In this document: positions 28,417-38,058 of the stretch, piece after piece
Layout: each line of letters begins with the position of its first letter
Numbering within the stretch: the first letter of the stretch is position 1
DNA from: a virus
Direction: 5' to 3' (one strand)
IMG/VR virus record: IMGVR_UViG_3300023440_000001
Span: 72,295-136,294 of that record
Length of the DNA: 64,000 nucleotides
Translations under genes and position numbers: made by a program
Notes under the pieces: model-generated
The model's input: only the letters and a program-made list of their open reading frames with translations
The model's database searches: none
What the model was told of the DNA's origin: nothing

Positions 28417-28910
28417 AACTGTATCATATTGTTTACAGTGCGGCCAGCGGTAATATTGATGATATCTTTGATCTCTTCGTCGAATGCGACAATGCAATCG
28501 AAGCGTTATATGTACTTATGCTTTATGAATTGGGAGCAAGGTTGGACGATATTCCACTTCCGGATCCGGCTGAGATAGAGAGTCTGGAACAGCTGAATCA
28601 GATGCTGGTCAAGATGTATCTGAGTGATGAATTCTATGATTCGATCTTTGGTGGCGGTGACTGGGTTTACTTTGATGCTCAGATTGAACCGTTTGTCTGT
28701 GATCCACTGGACTTTCCGTATCGATATAACTTCTCGATTTCAGATCGGGATCTGTATTCTAAAACGCACAAAGAGCTGATTGAGTTTATCCAGTCCAATC
28801 GATCAGGTCCAGAGATTGTATATCGTTCACAGATTCCTAAAGACATTCTGGAAGAGGCTCGTAAGTATGTTGAATCGGTTAGACAACAACTGGAAGGAGT
28901 GCGAACATGA
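28413..28910 (+). CDS. acidic hypothetical protein
   Basis: ATGA couplings at both ends. Confidence 0.65.
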   Translation: MKLYHIVYSAASGNIDDIFDLFVECDNAIEALYVLMLYELGARLDDIPLPDPAEIESLEQLNQMLVKMYLSDEFYDSIFGGGDWVYFDAQIEPFVCDPLDFPYRYNFSISDRDLYSKTHKELIEFIQSNRSGPEIVYRSQIPKDILEEARKYVESVRQQLEGVRT

Positions 28911-29305
28911 TATTCCAAGAAAGCGATCTGATCCTGGTACTGGCCATGTATAAAATGATGGACAGACTTTCCGAGAAGTACAATCTGTCATGGTCAGACC
29001 TTCCCCTTGAAGCCTTTAGAGTAGCTTCTCAACTGGAAGAAGATAAGCAGGATGAAGTTGTAGATAAGGCTGAGCAGATATACAAACAGTTACGTGATGG
29101 GGAACAATACTATCTAATCATTGTCTGGGGATGTGTAGAACCTAGTGTTTACGATGGTCCCTTTTATAGCTATGATGACCTGTTGAGTGCGACTCGTAAG
29201 TTATATGAAGAGGGAGGTAGTGATGCTGACACATACATTGGACTAAAGGTCAGTATTAACGGACCACAGGTCTTTAGCTTTTCGACTGAAGAGTTAGAAG
29301 GTTAA
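28907..29305 (+). CDS. hypothetical protein
   Basis: SD AAGGAG, ATGA overlap. Confidence 0.65.
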   Translation: MIFQESDLILVLAMYKMMDRLSEKYNLSWSDLPLEAFRVASQLEEDKQDEVVDKAEQIYKQLRDGEQYYLIIVWGCVEPSVYDGPFYSYDDLLSATRKLYEEGGSDADTYIGLKVSINGPQVFSFSTEELEG

Positions 29306-29382
29306 TCCCGTGGCGGGTTCCTGTCCCGCCGCCGGATTCATATCCCAAACAATTAACCCGGAAGGTGGAGCAATGATACATA

Positions 29383-30111
29383 ATGGATGTCGATACCTGG
29401 GTACAACAAGTCTCTGGCGGCAGGAGCCGCATCAGTCGCGAAGAAGAGCGACGACTGATTAACCTTTATAAGAATGGTACACCTGAGGAAAGAGAGTATG
29501 CTAAAGCAGAACTTCTCGCCTACAATGTCTTACCAATAGTAAATATCGCCCTGGAAGTCTATCATTCGTTTCCCAATGCCTATCGGATGGATGTACATGA
29601 TCTAATTCATCGTGGAGTGGAGGTATTTCTGGATAAGCTGGATAAGTTTGATCCGGAAAAGGCTCGCCTGATTACTTTCTATTCCCGTGATATAAAGACA
29701 CAAATGCAGCGCATGGTCATGCGTTATGCAACCGCTATTCCTCAGGGATCCGTATTCCTGCAGCATATAGCAGGTAAACGGTCCCGTATCTACGGTCAGC
29801 TGATGCAGGAATTGGAGCGTGAACCCACAGACGATGAAGTCGCCGAGGTATTGGGAATCAAAACATCTACACTACAAATGGCAGATCGTTATACCAGTAT
29901 CAAGTTTCATAGTTTGCCCGGTCTGGAGTTTGAAGACGCAAGTGGTTCTTACTCGCTGGAAGCCCGCAAGTTATTGCTTATCCTGCGTGATAAGCTGGAC
30001 TTTCTGGATGATGAAGAGTTCGAGCGTTTCGTTGATAAACTCATATCCGGAGAAACTCCAGATGCGGAGCTGGTTGAAAAGACTCTGAACAAACTACGTG
30101 GAGGCAACTAG
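29383..30111 (+). CDS. sigma70-family RNA polymerase sigma factor (regions 1.2-3; region 4 apparently reduced)
   Basis: ISREEE..L, LLAYNVLPIVNIA, DLIHRG...KFDPEK, LEREPTDDEVAEVLG. Confidence 0.82.
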   Translation: MDVDTWVQQVSGGRSRISREEERRLINLYKNGTPEEREYAKAELLAYNVLPIVNIALEVYHSFPNAYRMDVHDLIHRGVEVFLDKLDKFDPEKARLITFYSRDIKTQMQRMVMRYATAIPQGSVFLQHIAGKRSRIYGQLMQELEREPTDDEVAEVLGIKTSTLQMADRYTSIKFHSLPGLEFEDASGSYSLEARKLLLILRDKLDFLDDEEFERFVDKLISGETPDAELVEKTLNKLRGGN

Positions 30112-30112
30112 A

Positions 30113-31381
30113 ATGGATGTACGTCAACAAATACGTCTCCGACTAAGAGATTATATCGCTCAGATGGGTATAGAAATCGATGAGCATGGCTACGCTCACT
30201 GTCCGTTACATAACGACTGCAAGACCAAGAGCTTTACCATTGCCGGTCCGAATGGTGGTAACAAATGGAAGTGCTTTGGTTGTGATAAGGGGGGTGATAT
30301 CTTTAACCTGGCACATGAACTGGAAGGTCTACCCTTAAGTGGTTCTGAATTTGCTACAGTCACCATTCCCACACTTGCCAAACGTTTCGGCATTCCTATT
30401 ACAGTAAGGGTTCAGGATGATGAAACTCATCAACGTAACAAGCTGTTGGAGTTGTTTAACTTTGTCAAAGATCAGCTTGTTATCGATGATGTAGTTAAAT
30501 CCTTTGCCGAAGATCGAGCTCTGGATATTACGCTCTTTAAGCGATTGGGTGTAGGACGAATACCCAGTTACCGATCTCTGATGACTCGTTTGAAGAAGCG
30601 CTTCAAGCAGGAGATTATCACTCTGTCCAAGATTGATCATCGGGATCTGTTTACCGATCGGATTCTGTTTACCCTGCACAATAGAAATGGCCAGCCAATC
30701 GGCTTCGGTGGTCGTTATATCGGTACCGATCCGGAAGCCAAGAAGTATGTGAACAGCTTTAACAACCCGCTCTATAATAAGTCACAATATCTTTACAATC
30801 TGCACCTGACCAAAACCGATCAGCCGCTATATGTTGTTGAAGGATACACGGATGTATTGCGGTTGATACAGAATGGTATTAACAATGTGGTTGGTGTTTG
30901 TGGCACCGCCGTATCTGATGATCATATCAAGACACTAAAGTCCTTTAAGGAAATCATACTGGTATTGGATGGCGATAAAGCTGGTATCAGCCGGATGGAT
31001 AAGGTGCGCAAACAGTTACCAAATGCTACCTGTAAGTTGATTCCTATGGATATGGATCCGGATAGTTACATTCGCAACTTTGGTATCGATTACTTTCTGC
31101 GTCTGGAAAACCTGGATTCGCTGGCCTGGGAGATTACTACCCATAAGTTCCATCAGAAGCTACATGATGTCGAAGTATTCCTGAACAGGATTGCCGATAC
31201 ATTACCATTCAAACACAAGGAGTATCTGAAGAAACTTGCCCAGTCCAGTGGTGTGGCATTTATCGAGTTGCAAGACAGTTTGAATGCGCTGTTGAACCAA
31301 CGCAACTGGCGGGTATTGGATCAGCTGTTAAAAAGTAAGAAGCAGATTGCTTCCTTGATTATTCAGATTAAAACCGATTAG
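30113..31381 (+). CDS. dnaG: DnaG-type DNA primase
   Basis: CHC2 zinc finger CPLH...CFGC, GFGGR, KYVNS, TOPRIM VEGYTD, DGDKAG, DPD. Confidence 0.93.
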   Translation: MDVRQQIRLRLRDYIAQMGIEIDEHGYAHCPLHNDCKTKSFTIAGPNGGNKWKCFGCDKGGDIFNLAHELEGLPLSGSEFATVTIPTLAKRFGIPITVRVQDDETHQRNKLLELFNFVKDQLVIDDVVKSFAEDRALDITLFKRLGVGRIPSYRSLMTRLKKRFKQEIITLSKIDHRDLFTDRILFTLHNRNGQPIGFGGRYIGTDPEAKKYVNSFNNPLYNKSQYLYNLHLTKTDQPLYVVEGYTDVLRLIQNGINNVVGVCGTAVSDDHIKTLKSFKEIILVLDGDKAGISRMDKVRKQLPNATCKLIPMDMDPDSYIRNFGIDYFLRLENLDSLAWEITTHKFHQKLHDVEVFLNRIADTLPFKHKEYLKKLAQSSGVAFIELQDSLNALLNQRNWRVLDQLLKSKKQIASLIIQIKTD

Positions 31382-31389
31382 GAGGTTGT

Positions 31390-31791
31390 ATGTCCAAAGA
31401 GATCGCAACAACCGATGAAATCCTGGCCGAAGAAGAGTTATCTCCGGAGCTGATTGACAAGAAGATCTCCAAGACCAAGGCGCTTCGTAAGCTGATAAAC
31501 CTGCGCGCTATTGAGCGTCAGGTGAAGGAACAGATTGAGGAGATTCATGACGAAGCGCTGCGTGAATTCCGGGAACTCTTTTCCGGTAACAGAAAGGTCG
31601 TGGGTAGGAAGGTTAAGATTCAGGTTGCTTATGGCCCCACCACCTGGAAGTTCTCTAAAGATGTAGAGAAACTCAAGAAGGAACTGAAGGAGCTGCAGAA
31701 GAAGGAGAAGGCTGATGGTATTGCCAAGCCCATCCCATCGGATAAAGAACTTCTGAAGGTGGAGATTATTAACCCAACACAGGAGGATTAA
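31390..31791 (+). CDS. hypothetical phage protein
   Basis: SD AGGAGG; charged helical protein. Confidence 0.7.
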   Translation: MSKEIATTDEILAEEELSPELIDKKISKTKALRKLINLRAIERQVKEQIEEIHDEALREFRELFSGNRKVVGRKVKIQVAYGPTTWKFSKDVEKLKKELKELQKKEKADGIAKPIPSDKELLKVEIINPTQED

Positions 31792-31794
31792 TCC

Positions 31795-32439
31795 GTGTCT
31801 GTTAAGCCGCTAAATGGTATGCGACTGTTACTTAATAAGTTGAAACGGCGCATACCCAAAGATCTGATTAAGCAGCGTAAGCAGGGTAAAGAACTGCTGG
31901 ACTATATTGAATGGACAACGGCTGCTGATATCCTGGATGATGTAGCAGTAACCTGGCAGAACTATGTTAAAGACGTTCATGTCGTCGGAGACAAGCTCAT
32001 CATCATTGGTGGAGTAAAAGTCAAAGACCCGGAAACCGGAGAATGGCTTACCCGTGAGAATGTTGGCATCGAGAAGATATCGACTGAATCCTACGGCGAT
32101 GTCGCTTCGAATGCCTTTGCCATGATGTTCAAACGCTGTGGCGTTCTGTGGGGTCCAGGCCGAGAGCTGTATAAAGCACCAGACTATGCTCCCCATAAAC
32201 TTGCCAGCATGGAACAGGTTCGGGAGATTCTGCGGCTTATGGAGGAGGGCAAGATTCCAGCTGAATACCATGATCCGATCATCAAACTGATTAACAGTGG
32301 TGAACTGGAAGCATCTCGTGCTCAGGCAGCCATAGCCAAGTTTGGCGGTAATGGTCATAGTGATGGTAATGGTTCTCAAGACGAGCCTGAAAAGAAACCT
32401 GCCAGGAAACCCAAAGCCGTCAAAACGTCCAAATCATAA
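31795..32439 (+). CDS. Rad52/Sak-family single-strand annealing protein
   Basis: IKQR....LDYIEW, YGD...NA.AM.FKRC...WG.GRELY. Confidence 0.82.
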   Translation: MSVKPLNGMRLLLNKLKRRIPKDLIKQRKQGKELLDYIEWTTAADILDDVAVTWQNYVKDVHVVGDKLIIIGGVKVKDPETGEWLTRENVGIEKISTESYGDVASNAFAMMFKRCGVLWGPGRELYKAPDYAPHKLASMEQVREILRLMEEGKIPAEYHDPIIKLINSGELEASRAQAAIAKFGGNGHSDGNGSQDEPEKKPARKPKAVKTSKS

Positions 32440-32511
32440 GTCCGAGGGAGGTACCTGGTCGTCTTCCTATGGCGGCCGGGTACCGGTTAATCCTTAAGCG
32501 AAGGTAATATC

Positions 32512-33066
32512 ATGATAGTGAAAGCAGTGCTTATCATTCTGTTTTCAACGGTTATCGGATATGTCACGAACTACATTGCCATCCGCATGCTGTTTCGTCC
32601 CTGGAAAGCATATCATATTGGTCAGTTCCGGATACCATTCACGCCAGGACTTATACCCAAGGAGAAAGAGCGGCTGGCACAATCCATTGGAGATAGTGTG
32701 ACATATCTAATGCGCCCCAGTCAATTGCGTACGCACTTGACAAAACCAGGAATACTGGTGCAGATACATGAGGCGGTAGACAAGATGTTTGATGAGTATC
32801 CCATTCTGAATCTTCTTCCGGATCGCATCCGTCTGATGATCTTCTATCGCTTCATGATACTTGTATTGGAACGCATCCCGGATCTGGTTAATCGTCTTGA
32901 TGTTCCTGGTATTGTTTCCAATAGTGTTCGTGAGTTCTCAAATCAGGAACTGGAAGATATGATTGTTTCCATCACAAATCGTGAGTTGCAAGGTATTACC
33001 TGGTTTGGTGCGGTGCTGGGATGTCTTATTGGTATTGTTCAAGTCTTAATTATAGGAGTTATGTAG
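32512..33066 (+). CDS. DUF445-family membrane protein
   Basis: IGYVTNYIAIRMLFRP, TPGLIPKEKERLA, EL..I...GAVLG.LIG. Confidence 0.88.
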   Translation: MIVKAVLIILFSTVIGYVTNYIAIRMLFRPWKAYHIGQFRIPFTPGLIPKEKERLAQSIGDSVTYLMRPSQLRTHLTKPGILVQIHEAVDKMFDEYPILNLLPDRIRLMIFYRFMILVLERIPDLVNRLDVPGIVSNSVREFSNQELEDMIVSITNRELQGITWFGAVLGCLIGIVQVLIIGVM

Positions 33067-33068
33067 CC

Positions 33069-35609
33069 ATGTTGGTTGCTCAATCTGTTGAACTATACGA
33101 TACGGATCGTTATTACGCCGGATTGGAAGACGGTGGTATGACTCGTGATGTGGTCAACAAGAAGTATATTGCTCCTGATGATAATGTTAATCTCTACCGT
33201 ATGTGGATGCGTGTAGCGCGCGCTGCGGCTAGTGTGGAGAAGAATCAGGTAGAGCAGGAGAAAAGGGCTTATGAGTTTCTGGGTATTCTGAAAGACTTTG
33301 TCTTTGTTCCCGGTGGTCGCATCCTTCATGGTGCCGGTCGGGAAAGTGCCCGTCGTAAGCCCACGCTTTCCAATTGTTATGTGATCGGTATTCGTTCTCG
33401 ATTTCGGGAAGATATCGAAGTTCCCGGACCCATTAGTACCTTTATTCGGCTGGTGGCCGATACGCTGTGGGAACCGGAAGACGCACTCGAATACGTGAAA
33501 CACAAGTTTGCTTCATTGGAGGGAACGTCGGCGATTATTAGCAACGCAATTGCTGAGATAGAAGAAGCGGTCAGAGAACTAAAGGCCTTTAATAATACTA
33601 ACAGCATTAACCGCCTGATTGATAAGTATACCGAATACCCATCTGATTCCGTAGAAGCGGCTTATGACTGGTTGAAAGAAGCTGCTATGGTGTACCGAAC
33701 CGGTGGCGGAGTTGGAGTCGATGTAGGCGTGTTTCGTCCCAAAGGGTCTCCGGTAAATGCCACTATCTCTCAGGCGCCCGGTGCCACCTGGTTTATGAAC
33801 CTGATGTCAGAATCCACCAATACAATCTCCCAAAGCGGGCGACGTGGTGCGCTTATGATTACCATACCGGTATGGCACCCGGATGTGGAAGACTTCATCA
33901 CCATCAAGAACGATCCGCAGCGCAGCTCGGTAAAGTATGCTAATATATCGGTCAAGGTAACCGATGACTTCATGAGAGCAGTAGAACGAAATGAAGAGTA
34001 TTCACTTCGCTGGCGGGGTGTCACCTATCGAAAGGTAAACGCCCGGGATCTGTGGATGAAGATCATCGAAAATGCCTGGGCCAGTGCCGAACCCGGTATC
34101 ATCTTCTGGGATCGTATGACTCAATATCATAATCTGGAGCATCTGGATATTCCACTGCTGGGAGTGAATCCCTGTGCGGAACAACCGTTGGCTGACAGCA
34201 CGGCCTGTAATCTGGGTGCCATTAATCTGAGTAAGTTTGTTAACGAAGAAGGCGAGTTCAGTTATGAGAGATTTAGACATGTTGTTCGTGTGGCCGTTCG
34301 TTTTATGGATAACATTATTGATTACAATGCCCCGAATCATGCAACCGGGGATATCTCGGATTCTGTCTTACGAGATCGCCGGGTTGGCCTTGGCATTATG
34401 GGTCTTGCTGACATGCTTATTAAGATGGGCATTCGATACGACACCGAAGAAGCGCTGGAAGTTGTGGAAAAGATAATGCGTATCTATCGGGACGAAGCCT
34501 ATCTGGCATCGGTGGAACTGGCTAAGGAGCGAGGTCCATTCCCTGCCTATGACTTTGAAAGTTATAAGAAGTCTGGTTTCTACAAATCTCTTCCGGAGCA
34601 TATCCGGGTTGAAATCATGGCATCTGGTATCCGTAATGGTACATTATTAACTGTTGCTCCCACCGGAACGACGGCAATTGCTGCCATGACCAGCTCCGGT
34701 ATTGAACCCATCTTTCAGACAAGTTACACGCGAAGGGTAAAGCAGGATGACGGTGTATCCTTCCGGGAGTATAAAGTCTATCATCCACTGATCAAGGATC
34801 TCTTCGGTGATGATCAGGACCTGCCGGATTATGTAGTCACCGCCCATCAGATTGATCCGAACTTCCGAGTGCGCATGCAGGCAGTGATCCAGAGGTATGT
34901 GGATGCCAGCATATCGTCCACTGTGAACCTACCAGAAGATGCACAACCTGACGACATAGCAGGTATCTATGAGACTGCCTGGAAGGAAGGCTTGAAAGGT
35001 ATCACTGTGTATCGAGAAGGCAGCCGGGAAGGAATACTTATCAGTGAAAAGAAGACGGCTGAGCAAAGACTGTCTAAGACAGAGAGCTCCGACGACTTCG
35101 ATGGAACACGCAGACCGACCTCTCGTCCCAAACGTCTCTATGGATATACGGAGAAGATTCGCACCGGTCAGGGTAACATGCTGATCACGATTAACGAAGA
35201 TCAGGATGGTAATCTGTTTGAAGTCATTGCTCGCCTGGGTAAATCCGGTGGAGATGATGCCGCAACATGTGAGGCGTTGTCCCGAGTCATCAGTATCGCC
35301 CTGCGAGCCGGAGTCGACCCCTGGGAAATCGTGGATCAGCTGAAAGATCAGGCCGGTGCTCAACCGGTAATCTATCACTTCGAAGGTTCCGATGTGGGTA
35401 CTTTTATTAAGTCCACTCCGGATGCCATTGGTCAGGCCCTGGAGTTCTATCTGCGCTCAAAAGAGATAGAAGATGATACTCCACAGTCGCCTACTTCCGG
35501 ATCGAACGGTAAGGGCAGTAAGTGTCCGGAGTGTGGTTCACCTACCGGATTCATTAATGAAAACGGCTGTGGCCACTGTGTAGACTGTGGTTATTCCAAA
35601 TGTGGATAA
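33069..35609 (+). CDS. nrdJ: class II (adenosylcobalamin) ribonucleotide reductase
   Basis: PGGR, NCYV, GGGVG, NPCAEQ, CNLGAINL, APTGT, SISSTVNLP, LKGITVYR; C-terminal TSCPD-like region and CxxC zinc ribbon. Confidence 0.95.
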   Translation: MLVAQSVELYDTDRYYAGLEDGGMTRDVVNKKYIAPDDNVNLYRMWMRVARAAASVEKNQVEQEKRAYEFLGILKDFVFVPGGRILHGAGRESARRKPTLSNCYVIGIRSRFREDIEVPGPISTFIRLVADTLWEPEDALEYVKHKFASLEGTSAIISNAIAEIEEAVRELKAFNNTNSINRLIDKYTEYPSDSVEAAYDWLKEAAMVYRTGGGVGVDVGVFRPKGSPVNATISQAPGATWFMNLMSESTNTISQSGRRGALMITIPVWHPDVEDFITIKNDPQRSSVKYANISVKVTDDFMRAVERNEEYSLRWRGVTYRKVNARDLWMKIIENAWASAEPGIIFWDRMTQYHNLEHLDIPLLGVNPCAEQPLADSTACNLGAINLSKFVNEEGEFSYERFRHVVRVAVRFMDNIIDYNAPNHATGDISDSVLRDRRVGLGIMGLADMLIKMGIRYDTEEALEVVEKIMRIYRDEAYLASVELAKERGPFPAYDFESYKKSGFYKSLPEHIRVEIMASGIRNGTLLTVAPTGTTAIAAMTSSGIEPIFQTSYTRRVKQDDGVSFREYKVYHPLIKDLFGDDQDLPDYVVTAHQIDPNFRVRMQAVIQRYVDASISSTVNLPEDAQPDDIAGIYETAWKEGLKGITVYREGSREGILISEKKTAEQRLSKTESSDDFDGTRRPTSRPKRLYGYTEKIRTGQGNMLITINEDQDGNLFEVIARLGKSGGDDAATCEALSRVISIALRAGVDPWEIVDQLKDQAGAQPVIYHFEGSDVGTFIKSTPDAIGQALEFYLRSKEIEDDTPQSPTSGSNGKGSKCPECGSPTGFINENGCGHCVDCGYSKCG

Positions 35610-35613
35610 AAGC

Positions 35614-35679
35614 GTAGACTGTCAGTCTACAGAAAGTGGCCCTATTCACTATTCGGATAGGGCCACTCTTTCTTATCAT
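35614..35679 (+). promoter_or_regulatory. conserved phage intergenic element, copy 3, overlapped by a terminator-like hairpin
   Basis: GTAGACTGTCAGTCTAC, 14 nt, TTCACT (35645), 23 nt, TATCAT; hairpin AGTGGCCCTAT/ATAGGGCCACT then CTTTCTT. Confidence 0.75.
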
Positions 35680-35708
35680 GTAGGGTAAACATAATAGGAG
35701 ATATTGTT

Positions 35709-36038
35709 ATGGCCAAGAGTAAGAAAACCACCAGGCGCTCATCTTCCAGAGAGGAAGAAACCGCTCAAGCGACCGAATCTCTAATCTATGAGGACAAATG
35801 GATTCGTATTACAGCGGATGCACTACAGTACACGTTGACTGATAAACGCTGTAATCAGAACTGGTACTTCAGCCGTATTGAATCACTGGCTACCAGTCTG
35901 ATAGACATGCTGGTAAAAGAAGAGCAGCGCCGTCTGAAAGAGTTCATTATTAACCTGGATGATGTAAAGAACCATGCCCTGATGGTATTGAGTTCACTTA
36001 AACTTGGAGACAACGATGGCTATCGAAAAGCTAATTGA
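35709..36038 (+). CDS. hypothetical protein
   Basis: SD AGGAG. Confidence 0.65.
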   Translation: MAKSKKTTRRSSSREEETAQATESLIYEDKWIRITADALQYTLTDKRCNQNWYFSRIESLATSLIDMLVKEEQRRLKEFIINLDDVKNHALMVLSSLKLGDNDGYRKAN

Positions 36039-38058
36039 TCGTAATGTATTAAAGCTGTTGTCGGGTAAGGATCTGACCGTTTCTTTCGATAATAGTGGTA
36101 GAATGTCCACTGACAACGTCAAGATATATCTTCCTGCCGAAATGGAGACCAGTTCCAGTGCCAATGCAATTCGAGGTGCGCTGGACCATGAAACAGCACA
36201 TGTGAAATGGTCGGACTGGGATATACTGGGAGAGATCTCGCCCCGTCTGAAGGGATGTCTGAACCTGCTGGAAGATCTTCGCATTGATCATATGCGCCGT
36301 CTGGAAGGAAAGGGTTATCAGATCAATAATGAAAGTCTGACGAGATGGATTGCTGAGCGGATTAGGACGAAGATCTATGAAGGGGAAAAGGTTCTACGGG
36401 AGGACTTATTAGCTGCCTTCCAATTGCTGGAAGATATTGCCGGCTATGAGAATCCGTTTCGGGACAAGATGAATGAAAAGGCCTATCAAATGGCCGAAGT
36501 TGCCCAACCCCTGGCACTAGAAGCAATCCAAAAAGAGAATACCCAGGAGGTTCTTCCCCTGGCAATTGAATTGGATCGTCTATGGTATGGCGCACCAGAA
36601 GAGGAAGAAAAGGTCGAGGGACCGGGTTCTGATGGAAGCCCGGGTGATAACAAGGAATCAGGTGATGGTAGTGATAAGCAGAAGGACAAACAGGCCGCTC
36701 CCGATTCTGACCAGGATAACGGCGAAAACGGAGGCAATCAGAATGAAGATCAAGATCAAGATTCAAAAGATGAAGGTAAAGTTAAAGTGGAAGTTAAAGT
36801 AGGAAAGTCCGGCGAGAACGATAGTAGCTCCGATGGAAATGATGATGGTTCTGAAGATAGTGCTTCGTCTTCAGAAACAGATGATGCTTCAGGGGATGAG
36901 TCGTCTGGTAGCGAAGACGGTTCCGATGACTCTGGCGGTGATTCCGGAGAAGATTCCGCAGCAGCAACTCCAGATTCCAGTGAGGGTGAGCCACTTGTTC
37001 ACGATGGTTCCAACGAGTTGAAGGACTCGGAAATGGATGCAACTTCCTATGATGCACTTCCGGGAGGCGGTGTTGGTGCCACATCAATTGGTATTCTGGT
37101 AGATGATTCGGATGGTCTATTATTCGAGTATATGGAGCCGCCGGTTAGGGATGTTATGGACGGGTATAGTGGGTCTGTTTATACCTGTGAAACATCCAGG
37201 GATGTTGAAGTCTATGCCCCGGATGATGGCTTTGCCCATAGTGAATATAATGCTGTAAAATCCGAGGTATCCAACCTGATTAATGGTCTTAAGCAGGACT
37301 TTCTGTCTTCCGTTTATACTGAGACCAGAGCACGTTTTCAGCGTAAGCTCTACTCCGGTAAAGTTGATTCTCGTAGTCTGGCTTCCATTAACGTGGACCC
37401 ACGGGTGTTTAAACGCCGGGCTAACAAACGTGATCTGGACACAGTATTAAGTTACCTGGTCGATCTATCAGGATCTATGGCCGGAGAAAAGGAGAAACTG
37501 GCTCGTGCCAGCGCTATCCTGCTTTCAGAGGTAACCGATCGGTTGGATATTCCTTTTGAAGTGCTGGGATTTACTTCTACGGGTAGAGAGGTTGGAAATA
37601 GGTTTGTGACCCGTCAGGAAGGTGTGCTCCATGTAATCTATAAAGACTTCAATGAATCCTATCGACGAGTCCGTCATCGGCTGGGTAGGTTGAAGGTCGA
37701 CCCGTTACATGGAGTTGATAGATATGGTTGTAACAACTGTGACGGGGAGGCCGTTCTGTGGGCATCTCGCCGATTATATGCCCGTCCGGAAAAGCGCAAG
37801 ATCCTTATTGTTCTTTCTGATGGCGAGCCAGCGATACACAGTAAGAGTATACGATTGCTGGAGACTCACCTGAAACAGATGATTCAGCTGGCTCGTGTTT
37901 CCGGAATTGAAGTCTATGCGATCGGTCTGGTATATGATCCCAGCCAGTTCTACGGTAAAGAATACACTGTTGTTATGAAGAATACAAGCCAGTTCACCAT
38001 CCAGTTCTTTAAGTCATTCACATCTATTTTACGTAAAGGTATTGGAGGTCGAAAGTGA
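36016..38058 (+). CDS. CobT-like vWA protein with N-terminal HExxH motif and acidic linker
   Basis: HETAH, LEDLRI, D/E/S/G-rich tract, MIDAS DLSGSM, DGEA, LSDGEP. Confidence 0.88.
   Translation: MAIEKLIDRNVLKLLSGKDLTVSFDNSGRMSTDNVKIYLPAEMETSSSANAIRGALDHETAHVKWSDWDILGEISPRLKGCLNLLEDLRIDHMRRLEGKGYQINNESLTRWIAERIRTKIYEGEKVLREDLLAAFQLLEDIAGYENPFRDKMNEKAYQMAEVAQPLALEAIQKENTQEVLPLAIELDRLWYGAPEEEEKVEGPGSDGSPGDNKESGDGSDKQKDKQAAPDSDQDNGENGGNQNEDQDQDSKDEGKVKVEVKVGKSGENDSSSDGNDDGSEDSASSSETDDASGDESSGSEDGSDDSGGDSGEDSAAATPDSSEGEPLVHDGSNELKDSEMDATSYDALPGGGVGATSIGILVDDSDGLLFEYMEPPVRDVMDGYSGSVYTCETSRDVEVYAPDDGFAHSEYNAVKSEVSNLINGLKQDFLSSVYTETRARFQRKLYSGKVDSRSLASINVDPRVFKRRANKRDLDTVLSYLVDLSGSMAGEKEKLARASAILLSEVTDRLDIPFEVLGFTSTGREVGNRFVTRQEGVLHVIYKDFNESYRRVRHRLGRLKVDPLHGVDRYGCNNCDGEAVLWASRRLYARPEKRKILIVLSDGEPAIHSKSIRLLETHLKQMIQLARVSGIEVYAIGLVYDPSQFYGKEYTVVMKNTSQFTIQFFKSFTSILRKGIGGRK

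Noticed and set aside
23510-33644. Inteins or group I introns in polA and nrdJ
   Set aside because: The insertions are in frame and short, and lack C/S...HN termini, LAGLIDADG motifs or stops
36600-37060. Acidic D/E/S/G tract as a repeat element
   Set aside because: Ordinary disordered linker of CobT-like vWA proteins with no periodic DNA repeat
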